Positions 49,401 to 61,400 of a stretch of DNA of 64,000 bases are shown here, piece by piece. The DNA is taken from contig OX442314.1 in NCBI GenBank assembly GCA_949358305.1, forward strand, positions 1 through 64,000, given 5' to 3'. The notes below the pieces were generated by a model. The model was not told the DNA's origin and made no database searches. It saw nothing but the letters and a program-made list of their open reading frames with translations. Each line of letters opens with the position of its first letter. Position 1 is the first letter of the stretch. A program made the translations under genes and the position numbers. The stretch is from Strigamia acuminata (lineage: Eukaryota).

Positions 49401-52400
49401 GTATTTTATGGAAAAAAATGCTGTATTTTATGCCAAAAAATGCTGTATTTTATGCCAAAAAATGCTGTATTTTATGCCAAAAAATGCTGTATTTTATGCC
49501 AAAAAATGCTGTATTTTATGCCAAAAAATGCTGTATTTTATGCCAAAAAATGCTGTATTTTATGCCAAAAAATGCTGTATTTTATGCCAAAAAATGCTGT
49601 ATTTTATGCCAAAAAATGCTGTATTTTATGCCAAAAAATGCTGTATTTTATGCCAAAAAATGCTGTATTTTATGCCAAAAAATGCTGTATTTTATGCCAA
49701 AAAATGCTGTATTTTATGCCAAAAATGCTGTATTTTATGCAAAAAAATGCTGTATTTTATGCAAAAAAATGCTGTATTTTATGCCAAAAAATACTGTTTT
49801 TGTGCATAATAAGACTTTGTTTTAATGAGAGAAAATATTTTATGCCTCCAGAATGCTATTTTGATGAATAAAAAGAGTTTGTTTTTGCGAATAAATGTAT
49901 TTCATGTCAAAAAATGCTGTTTTTGCGCATAAAAAGACTGTTTTTTGAAGAAATGTATTTTATACCAAAATATGCTGTTTCGGTGCATTAAAAGCGTTTG
50001 TTTTTATGAGGGAAAGTATTTTATGCCTAAAAAATGCTTATTTTGTACATAAAAAGCATTTGTTTTATGAGAAAAAATATTTTAAGCTCTCAGTGCCCTC
50101 AGAGCCCTCAGAGCCCTCAGAGCCCTCAGAGCCCTCAGAGCCCTCAGAGCCCTCAGAGCCCTCAGAGCCCTCAGAGCCCTCAGAGCCCTCAGAGCCGTCA
50201 GAGCCCTCAGAGCCCTCAGAGCTTTCAGAGCCCTCAGAGCCCTCAGAGCTCTCAGAGCCCTCACACCTCTCAGAGCTTTCAGAGCCCTCAGAGCCCTCAG
50301 AGCCCTCAGAGCCCTCAGACTCAGAGCCCTCAGAGCCCTCAGAGCCCTCAGAGCCCTCAGAGCCCTCAGAGCCCTCAGAGCCCTCAGAGCCCTCAGACTC
50401 AGAGTCCTCAGAGCCCTCAGTCCGCTCAGAGCTTTCAGAGCCCTCAAAGCCCTCAGAGTCCTCAGACTCAGAGCCCTCAGAGCCCTCAGAGCTTTCAGAC
50501 TCAGAGCCCTCAGAAGTCTCAGAGCCCTCAGAAGTCTCAGAGCCCTCAGAAGTCTCAGAGCCCTCAGAGCCCTCAGAGCCCTCAGAGCCTCAAAAAACGC
50601 TGTATTTTATGCCAAAAAATGCTGTATTTTATGCCAAAAAATGCTGTATTTTATGCCAAAAAATGCTGTATTTTATGCCAAAAAATGCTGTATTTTATGC
50701 CAAAAAATGCTGTATTTTATGCCAAAAAATGCTGTATTTTATGCAAAAAAATGCTGTATTTTATGCAAAAAAATGCTGTATTTTATGCCAAAAAATACTG
50801 TTTTTGTGCATAATAAGACTTTGTTTTTTGAAGAAATGTATTTTATACCAAAAAATGCTGTTTCGGTGCATTAAAAGCGTTTGTTTTTATGAGAAAAAAT
50901 ATTTTCTGCCTTCAAAATGCTGTTTTGGCGGATAAAAAGCGGATAAAAAGTCCTCAGAGAAAATGCTGTTTCGGTGCATTAAAAGCGTTTGTTTTTATGA
51001 GAAAAAATATTTTCTGCCTTCAAAATGCTGTTTTGGCGGATAAAAAGCGGATAAAAAGTCCTCAGAGCCCTCAGAGCCCTCAGACTCAGAGCCCTCAGAG
51101 CCCTCAGAGCCCTCAGAGCCCTCAGAGCCCTCAGAGCCCTCAGAGCCCTCAGACTCAGAGTCCTCAGAGCCCTCAGTCCGCTCAGAGCTTTCAGAGCCCT
51201 CAAAGCCCTCAGAGCCCTCAGACTCAGAGCCCTCAGACTCAGAGCCCTCAGAGCCCTCAGAGCTTTCAGACTCAGAGCCCTCAGACTCAGAGCCCTCAGA
51301 CTCAGAGCCCTCAGACTCAGAGCCCTCAGACTCAGAGCCCTCAGACTCAGAGCCCTCAGACTCAGAGCCCTCAGACTCAGAGCCCTCAGAAGTCTCAGAG
51401 CCCTCAGAAGTCTCAGAGCCCTCAGAGCCCTCAGAGCCCTCAGAGCCTCAAAAAACGCTGTATTTTATGCCAAAAAATGCTGTATTTTATGCCAAAAAAT
51501 GCTGTATTTTATGCCAAAAAATGCTGTATTTTATGCCAAAAAATGCTGTATTTTATGCCAAAAAATGCTGTATTTTATGCCAAAAAATGCTGTATTTTAT
51601 GCCAAAAAATGCTGTATTTTATGCCAAAAAATGCTGTATTTTATGCCAAAAAATGCTGTATTTTATGCCAAAAAATGCTGTATTTTATGCCAAAAATGCT
51701 GTATTTTATGCAAAAAAATGCTGTATTTTATGCAAAAAAATGCTGTATTTTATGCCAAAAAATGCTGTATTTTATGCCAAAAAATACTGTTTTTGTGCAT
51801 AATAAGACTTTGTTTTTTGAAGAAATGTATTTTATACCAAAAAATGCTGTTTCGGTGCATTAAAAGCGTTTGTTTTTATGAGAAAAAATATTTTCTGCCT
51901 TCAAAATGCTGTTTTGGCGGATAAAAAGCGTTTGTTTTATGAGAAAAAATATTTTAAGCTCTCAGTGCCCTCAGAGCCCTCAGAGCCCTCAGAGCCCTCA
52001 GAGCTCTCAGAGCCCTCAGAGCCCTCAGAGCCTTCAGAGCCCTCAGAGCCCTCAGAGCCCTCAGAGCCCTCAGAGCCCTCAGAGCTTTCAGAGCCCTCAG
52101 AGCCCTCAGAGCTCTCAGAGCCCTCACACCTCTCAGAGCTTTCAGAGCCCTCAGAGCCCTCAGAGCCTTCAGAGCCCTCAGAGCCCTCAGAGCCCTCAGA
52201 GCCCTCAGAGCCCTCAGAGTCCTCAGAGCCCTCAGAGCCCTCAGAGCCCTCAGAGCCCTCAGAGCCCTCAGAGTCCTCAGAGCCCTCAGAGCCCTCAGAC
52301 TCAGAGCCCTCAGAGTCCTCAGAGCCCTCAGAGCCCTCAGAGCCCTCAGACTCAGAGTCCTCAGAGCCCTCAGTCCGCTCAGAGCTTTCAGAGCCCTCAA

Positions 52401-55400
52401 AGCCCTCAGAGCCCTCAGACTCAGAGCCCTCAGAGCCCTCAGAGCTTTCAGACTCAGAGCCCTCAGACTCAGAGCCCTCAGACTCAGAGCCCTCAGACTC
52501 AGAGCCCTCAGACTCAGAGCCCTCAGACTCAGAGCCCTCAGACTCAGAGCCCTCAGACTCAGAGCCCTCAGACTCAGAGCCCTCAGACTCAGAGCCCTCA
52601 GAAGTCTCAGAGCCCTCAGAAGTCTCAGAGCCCTCAGAGCCCTCAGAGCCCTCAGAGCCTCAAAAAACGCTGTATTTTATGCCAAAAAATGCTGTATTTT
52701 ATGTCAAAAAATGCTGTATTTTATGGAAAAAAATGCTGTATTTTATGCCAAAAAATGCTGTATTTTATGCCAAAAAATGCTGTATTTTATGCCAAAAAAT
52801 GCTGTATTTTATGCCAAAAAATGCTGTATTTTATGCCAAAAAATGCTGTATTTTATGCCAAAAAATGCTGTATTTTATGCCAAAAAATGCTGTATTTTAT
52901 GCCAAAAAATGCTGTATTTTATGCCAAAAAATGCTGTATTTTATGCCAAAAAATGCTGTATTTTATGCCAAAAAATGCTGTATTTTATGCCAAAAAATGC
53001 TGTATTTTATGCCAAAAAATGCTGTATTTTATGCCAAAAATGCTGTATTTTATGCAAAAAAATGCTGTATTTTATGCAAAAAAATGCTGTATTTTATGCC
53101 AAAAAATACTGTTTTTGTGCATAATAAGACTTTGTTTTAATGAGAGAAAATATTTTATGCCTCCAGAATGCTATTTTGATGAATAAAAAGAGTTTGTTTT
53201 TGCGAATAAATGTATTTCATGTCAAAAAATGCTGTTTTTGCGCATAAAAAGACTGTTTTTTGAAGAAATGTATTTTATACCAAAATATGCTGTTTCGGTG
53301 CATTAAAAGCGTTTGTTTTTATGAGGGAAAGTATTTTATGCCTAAAAAATGCTTATTTTGTACATAAAAAGCATTTGTTTTATGAGAAAAAATATTTTAA
53401 GCTCTCAGTGCCCTCAGAGCCCTCAGAGCCCTCAGAGCCCTCAGAGCCCTCAGAGCCCTCAGAGCCCTCAGAGCCCTCAGAGCCCTCAGAGCCCTCAGAG
53501 CCCTCAGAGCCGTCAGAGCCCTCAGAGCCCTCAGAGCTTTCAGAGCCCTCAGAGCCCTCAGAGCTCTCAGAGCCCTCACACCTCTCAGAGCTTTCAGAGC
53601 CCTCAGAGCCCTCAGAGCCCTCAGAGCCCTCAGACTCAGAGCCCTCAGAGCCCTCAGAGCCCTCAGAGCCCTCAGAGCCCTCAGAGCCCTCAGAGCCCTC
53701 AGAGCCCTCAGACTCAGAGTCCTCAGAGCCCTCAGTCCGCTCAGAGCTTTCAGAGCCCTCAAAGCCCTCAGAGTCCTCAGACTCAGAGCCCTCAGAGCCC
53801 TCAGAGCTTTCAGACTCAGAGCCCTCAGAAGTCTCAGAGCCCTCAGAAGTCTCAGAGCCCTCAGAAGTCTCAGAGCCCTCAGAGCCCTCAGAGCCCTCAG
53901 AGCCTCAAAAAACGCTGTATTTTATGCCAAAAAATGCTGTATTTTATGCCAAAAAATGCTGTATTTTATGCCAAAAAATGCTGTATTTTATGCCAAAAAA
54001 TGCTGTATTTTATGCCAAAAAATGCTGTATTTTATGCCAAAAAATGCTGTATTTTATGCAAAAAAATGCTGTATTTTATGCAAAAAAATGCTGTATTTTA
54101 TGCCAAAAAATACTGTTTTTGTGCATAATAAGACTTTGTTTTTTGAAGAAATGTATTTTATACCAAAAAATGCTGTTTCGGTGCATTAAAAGCGTTTGTT
54201 TTTATGAGAAAAAATATTTTCTGCCTTCAAAATGCTGTTTTGGCGGATAAAAAGCGGATAAAAAGTCCTCAGAGCCCTCAGAGCCTTCAGACTCAGAGCC
54301 CTCAGAGCCCTCAGAGCCCTCAGAGCCCTCAGAGCCCTCAGAGCCCTCAGAGCCCTCAGACTCAGAGTCCTCAGAGCCCTCAGTCCGCTCAGAGCTTTCA
54401 GAGCCCTCAAAGCCCTCAGAGCCCTCAGACTCAGAGCCCTCAGACTCAGAGCCAAAAATGCTGTATTTTATGCAAAAAAATGCTGTATTTTATGCAAAAA
54501 AAATGCTGTATTTTATGCCAAAAAATACTGTTTTTGTGCATAATAAGACTTTGTTTTTTGAAGAAATGTATTTTATACCAAAAAATGCTGTTTCGGTGCA
54601 TTAAAAGCGTTTGTTTTTATGAGAAAAAATATTTTCTGCCTTCAAAATGCTGTTTTGGCGGATAAAAAGCGTTTGTTTTATGAGAAAAAATATTTTAAGC
54701 TCTCAGTGCCCTCAGAGCCCTCAGAGCCCTCAGAGCTCTCAGAGCCCTCAGAGCCCTCAGAGCCTTCAGAGCCCTCAGAGCCCTCAGAGCCCTCAGAGCC
54801 CTCAGAGCCCTCAGAGCTTTCAGAGCCCTCAGAGCCCTCAGAGCTCTCAGAGCCCTCACACCTCTCAGAGCTTTCAGAGCCCTCAGAGCCCTCAGAGCCT
54901 TCAGAGCCCTCAGAGCCCTCAGAGCCCTCAGAGCCCTCAGAGCCCTCAGAGTCCTCAGAGCCCTCAGAGCCCTCAGAGCCCTCAGAGCCCTCAGAGCCCT
55001 CAGAGTCCTCAGAGCCCTCAGAGCCCTCAGACTCAGAGCCCTCAGAGTCCTCAGAGCCCTCAGAGCCCTCAGAGCCCTCAGACTCAGAGTCCTCAGAGCC
55101 CTCAGTCCGCTCAGAGCTTTCAGAGCCCTCAAAGCCCTCAGAGCCCTCAGACTCAGAGCCCTCAGAGCCCTCAGAGCTTTCAGACTCAGAGCCCTCAGAC
55201 TCAGAGCCCTCAGACTCAGAGCCCTCAGACTCAGAGCCCTCAGACTCAGAGCCCTCAGACTCAGAGCCCTCAGACTCAGAGCCCTCAGACTCAGAGCCCT
55301 CAGACTCAGAGCCCTCAGAAGTCTCAGAGCCCTCAGAAGTCTCAGAGCCCTCAGAGCCCTCAGAGCCCTCAGAGCCTCAAAAAACGCTGTATTTTATGCC

Positions 55401-58400
55401 AAAAAATGCTGTATTTTATGTCAAAAAATGCTGTATTTTATGGAAAAAAATGCTGTATTTTATGCCAAAAAATGCTGTATTTTATGCCAACAAATGCTGT
55501 ATTTTATGCCAAAAAATGCTGTATTTTATGCCAAAAAATGCTGTATTTTATGCCAAAAAATGCTGTATTTTATGCCAAAAAATGCTGTATTTTATGCCAA
55601 AAAATGCTGTATTTTATGCCAAAAAATGCTGTATTTTATGCCAAAAAATGCTGTATTTTATGCCAAAAAATGCTGTATTTTATGCCAAAAAATGCTGTAT
55701 TTTATGCCAAAAAATGCTGTATTTTATGCCAAAAAATGCTGTATTTTATGCCAAAAAATGCTGTATTTTATGCCAAAAAATGCTGTATTTTATGCCAAAA
55801 AATGCTGTATTTTATGCCAAAAATGCTGTATTTTATGCAAAAAAATGCTGTATTTTATGCAAAAAAATGCTGTATTTTATGCCAAAAAATACTGTTTTTG
55901 TGCATAATAAGACTTTGTTTTTTGAAGAAATGTATTTTATACCAAAAAATGCTGTTTCGGTGCATTAAAAGCGTTTGTTTTTATGAGAAAAAATATTTTC
56001 TGCCTTCAAAATGCTGTTTTGGCGGATAAAAAGCGTTTGTTTTATGAGAAAAAATATTTTAAGCTCTCAGTGCCCTCAGAGCCCTCAGAGCCCTCAGAGC
56101 CCTCAGAGCTCTCAGAGCCCTCAGAGCCCTCAGAGCCTTCAGAGCCCTCAGAGCCCTCAGAGCCCTCAGAGCCCTTAGAGCCCTCAGAGCTTTCAGAGCC
56201 CTCAGAGCCCTCAGAGCTCTCAGAGCCCTCACACCTCTCAGAGCTTTCAGAGCCCTCAGAGCCCTCAGAGCCTTCAGAGCCCTCAGAGCCCTCAGAGCCC
56301 TCAGAGCCCTCAGAGCCCTCAGAGTCCTCAGAGCCCTCAGAGCCCTCAGACTCAGAGCCCTCAGAGTCCTCAGAGCCCTCAGAGCCCTCAGAGCCCTCAG
56401 AGTCCTCAGAGCCCTCAGAGCCCTCAGACTCAGAGCCCTCAGAGTCCTCAGAGCCCTCAGAGCCCTCAGAGCCCTCAGACTCAGAGTCCTCAGAGCCCTC
56501 AGTCCGCTCAGAGCTTTCAGAGCCCTCAAAGCCCTCAGAGCCCTCAGACTCAGAGCCCTCAGAGCCCTCAGAGCTTTCAGACTCAGAGCCCTCAGACTCA
56601 GAGCCCTCAGACTCAGAGCCCTCAGACTCAGAGCCCTCAGACTCAGAGCCCTCAGACTCAGAGCCCTCAGACTCAGAGCCCTCAGACTCAGAGCCCTCAG
56701 ACTCAGAGCCCTCAGACTCAGAGCCCTCAGACTCAGAGCCCTCAGACTCAGAGCCCTCAGACTCAGAGCCCTCAGAAGTCTCAGAGCCCTCAGAAGTCTC
56801 AGAGCCCTCAGAGCCCTCAGAGCCCTCAGAGCCTCAAAAAACGCTGTATTTTATGCCAAAAAATGCTGTATTTTATGTCAAAAAATGCTGTATTTTATGG
56901 AAAAAAATGCTGTATTTTATGCCAAAAAATGCTGTATTTTATGCCAAAAAATGCTGTATTTTATGCCAAAAAATGCTGTATTTTATGCCAAAAAATGCTG
57001 TATTTTATGCCAAAAATGCTGTATTTTATGCAAAAAAATGCTGTATTTTATGCAAAAAAATGCTGTATTTTATGCAAAAAAATGCTGTATTTTATGCAAA
57101 AAAATGCTGTATTTTATGCCAAAAAATACTGTTTTTGTGCATAATAAGACTTTGTTTTTTGAAGAAATGTATTTTATACCAAAAAATGCTGTTTCGGTGC
57201 ATTAAAAGTGTTTGTTTTTATGAGAAAAAATATTTTCTGCCTTCAAAATGCTGTTTTGGCGGATAAAAAGCGTTTGTTTTATGAGAAAAAATATTTTAAG
57301 CTCTCAGTGCCCTCAGAGCCCTCAGAGCCCTCAGAGCCCTCAGAGCTCTCAGAGCCCTCAGAGCCCTCAGAGCCCTCAGAGCCCTCAGAGCCCTCAGAGC
57401 CCTCAGAGCCCTCAGAGCTTTCAGAGCCCTCAGAGCCCTCAGAGCTCTCAGAGCCCTCACACCTCTCAGAGCTTTCAGAGCCCTCAGAGCCCTCAGAGCC
57501 TTCAGAGCTCTCAGTGCCCTCAGAGCCCTCAGAGCCCTCAGAGCCCTCAGAGCCCTCAGAGCCCTCAGAGCCCTCAGAGCCCTCAGAGCCCTCAGAGTCC
57601 TCAGAGCCCTCAGACTCAGAGTTCTCAGAGCCCTCAGTCTGCTCAGAGCTTTCAGAGCCCTCAAAGCCTTCAGAGCCCTCAGACTCAGAGCCCTCAGAGC
57701 CCTCAGAGCTTTCAGACTCAGAGCCCTCAGACTCAGAGCCCTCAGACTCAGAGCCCTCAGACTCAGAGCCCTCAGACTCAGAGCCCTCAGACTCAGAGCC
57801 CTCAGACTCAGAGCCCTCAGACTCAGAGCCCTCAGACTCAGAGCCCTCAGACTCAGAGCCCTCAGAAGTCTCAGAGCCCTCAGAAGTCTCAGAGCCCTCA
57901 GAGCCCTCAGAGCCCTCATAGCCTCAAAAAACGCTGTATTTTATGCCAAAAAATGCTGTATTTTATGCCAAAAAATGCTGTATTTTATGCCAAAAAATGC
58001 TGTATTTTATGCCAAAAAATGCTGTATTTTATGCCAAAAAATGCTGTATTTTATGCCAAAAAATGCTGTATTTTATGCCAAAAAATGCTGTATTTTATGC
58101 CAAAAAATGCTGTATTTTATGCCAAAAAATGCTGTATTTTATGCTAAAAAATGCTGTATTTTATGCCAAAAAATGCTGTATTTTATGCCAAAAAATGCTG
58201 TATTTTATGCCAAAAAATGCTGTATTTTATGCAAAAAAATGCTGTATTTTATGCCAAAAAATACTGTTTTTGTGCATAATAAGACTGTTTTTTGAAGAAA
58301 TGTATTTTATACCAAAAAATGCTGTTTCGGTGCATTAAAAGCGTTTGTTTTTATGAGAAAAAATATTTTCTGCCTTCAAAATGCTGTTTTGGCGGATAAA

Positions 58401-61400
58401 AAGCGTTTGTTTTAATGAGAGAAAATATTTTATGCCTCCAGAATGCTATTTTGATGAATAAAAAGAGTTTGTTTTTGCGAATAAATGTATTTTATGTCAA
58501 AAAATGCTGTTTTTGCACATAAAAAGACTTTGTTTTTTGAAGAAATGTATTTTATACCAAAAAATGCTGTTTCGGTGCATTAAAAGCGTTTGTTTTTATG
58601 AGAAAAAATATTTTCTGCCTTCAAAATGCTGTTTTGGCGGATAAAAAGCGTTTGTTTTATGAGAAAAAATATTTTAAGCTCTCAGTGCCCTCAGAGCCCT
58701 CAGAGCCCTCAGAGCCCTCAAAGCCCTCAGACTCAGAGCCCTCAGAGCCCTCAGAGCTTTCAGACTCAGAGCCCTCAGACTCAGAGCCCTCAGACTCAGA
58801 GCCCTCAGACTCAGAGCCCTCAGACTCAGAGCCCTCAGACTCATAGCCCTCAGACTCAGAGCCCTCAGAAGTCTCAGAGCCCTCAGAAGTCTCAGAGCCC
58901 TCAGAGCCCTCAGAGCCCTCAGAGCCTCAAAAAACGCTGTATTTTATGCCAAAAAATGCTGTATTTTATGCCAAAAAATGCTGTATTTTAAGGAAAAAAA
59001 TGCTGTATTTTATGCCAAAAAATGCTGTATTTTATGCCAAAAAATGCTGTATTTTATGCCAAAAAATGCTGTATTTTATGCCAAAAAATGCTGTATTTTA
59101 TGCCAAAAATTGCTGTATTTTATGCCAAAAAATGCTGTATTTTATGCCAAAAAATGCTGTATTTTATGCAAAAAAATGCTGTATTTTATGCAAAAAAATG
59201 CTGTATTTTATGCCAAAAAATACTGTTTTTGTGCATAATAAGACTTTGTTTTTTGAAGAAATGTATTTTATATCAAAAAATGCTGTTTCGGTGCATTAAA
59301 AGCATTTGTTTTTATGAGAAAAAATATTTTCTGCCTTCAAAATGCTGTTTTGGCGGATAAAAAGCGTTTGTTTTAATGAGAGAAAATATTTTATGCCTCC
59401 AGAATGCTATTTTGATGAATAAAAAGAGTTTGTTTTTGCGAATAAATGTATTTTATGTCAAAAAATGCTGTTTTTGCACATAAAAAGACTTTGTTTTTTG
59501 AAGAAATGTATTTTATACCAAAAAATGCTGTTTCGGTGCATTAAAAGCGTTTGTTTTTATGAGAAAAATTATTTTCTGCCTTCAAAATGCTGTTTTGGCG
59601 GATAAAAAGCGTTTGTTTTATGAGAAAAAATATTTTAAGCTCTCAGTGCCCTCAGAGCCCTCAGAGCCCTCAGAGCCCTTAGAGCTCTCAGAGCCCTCAG
59701 AGCCCTCAGAACCCTCAGAGCCCTCAGAGCCCTCAGAGCCCTTAGAGCCCTCAGAGCCCTCAGAGCCCTCAGAGCCCTCAGAGCTTTCAGAGCCCTCAGA
59801 GCCCTCAGAGCTCTCAGAGCCCTCAGACTCAGAGTCCTCAGAGCCCTCAGTCCGCTCAGAGCTTTCAGAGCCCTCAAAGCCCTCAGAGCCCTCAGACTCA
59901 GAGCCCTCAGAGCCCTCAGAGCTTTCAGACTCAGAGCCCTCAGACTCAGAGCCCTCAGACTCAGAGCCCTCAGACTCAGAGCCCTCAGACTCAGAGCCCT
60001 CAGACTCAGAGCCCTCAGACTCAGAGCCCTCAGAAGTCTCAGAGCCCTCAGAAGTCTCACAGAGCCCTCAGAGCCCTCAGAGCCCTCAGAGTCTCAAAAA
60101 CGCTGTATTTTATGCCAAAAAATGCTGTATTTTATGCCAAAAAATGCTGTATTTTATGCCAAAAAATGCTGTATTTTATGCCAAAAAATGCTGTATTTTA
60201 TGCCAAAAAATGCTGTATTTTATGCCAAAAATGCTGTATTTTATGCAAAAAAATGCTGTATTTTATGCAAAAAAATGCTGTATTTTATGCCAAAAAATAC
60301 TGTTTTTGTGCATAATAAGACTTTGTTTTTTGAAGAAATGTATTTTATACCAAAAAATGCTGTTTCGGTGCATTAAAAGCGTTTGTTTTTATGAGAAAAA
60401 ATATTTTCTGCCTTCAAAATGCTGTTTTGGCGGATAAAAAGCGTTTGTTTTATGAGAAAAAATATTTTAAGCTCTCAGTGCCCTCAGAGCCCTCAGAGCC
60501 CTCAGAGCCCTCAGAGCTCTCAGAGCCCTCAGAGCCCTCAGAGCCTTCAGAGCCCTCAGAGCCCTCAGAGCCCTCAGAGCCCTCAGAGCCCTCAGAGCTT
60601 TCAGAGCCCTCAGAGCCCTCAGAGCTCTCAGAGCCCTCACACCTCTCAGAGCTTTCAGAGCCCTCAGAGCCCTCAGAGCCTTCAGAGCCCTCAGAGCCCT
60701 CAGAGCCCTCAGAGCCCTCAGAGCCCTCAGAGTCCTCAGAGCCCTCAGAGCCCTCAGACTCAGAGCCCTCAGAGTCCTCAGAGCCCTCAGAGCCCTCAGA
60801 GCCCTCAGAGTCCTCAGAGCCCTCAGAGCCCTCAGACTCAGAGCCCTCAGAGTCCTCAGAGCCCTCAGAGCCCTCAGAGCCCTCAGACTCAGAGTCCTCA
60901 GAGCCCTCAGTCCGCTCAGAGCTTTCAGAGCCCTCAAAGCCCTCAGAGCCCTCAGACTCAGAGCCCTCAGAGCCCTCAGAGCTTTCAGACTCAGAGCCCT
61001 CAGACTCAGAGCCCTCAGACTCAGAGCCCTCAGACTCAGAGCCCTCAGACTCAGAGCCCTCAGACTCAGAGCCCTCAGACTCAGAGCCCTCAGACTCAGA
61101 GCCCTCAGACTCAGAGCCCTCAGACTCAGAGCCCTCAGACTCAGAGCCCTCAGAAGTCTCAGAGCCCTCAGAAGTCTCAGAGCCCTCAGAGCCCTCAGAG
61201 CCCTCAGAGCCTCAAAAAACGCTGTATTTTATGCCAAAAAATGCTGTATTTTATGTCAAAAAATGCTGTATTTTATGGAAAAAAATGCTGTATTTTATGC
61301 CAAAAAATGCTGTATTTTATGCCAAAAAATGCTGTATTTTATGCCAAAAAATGCTGTATTTTATGCCAAAAAATGCTGTATTTTATGCCAAAAATGCTGT

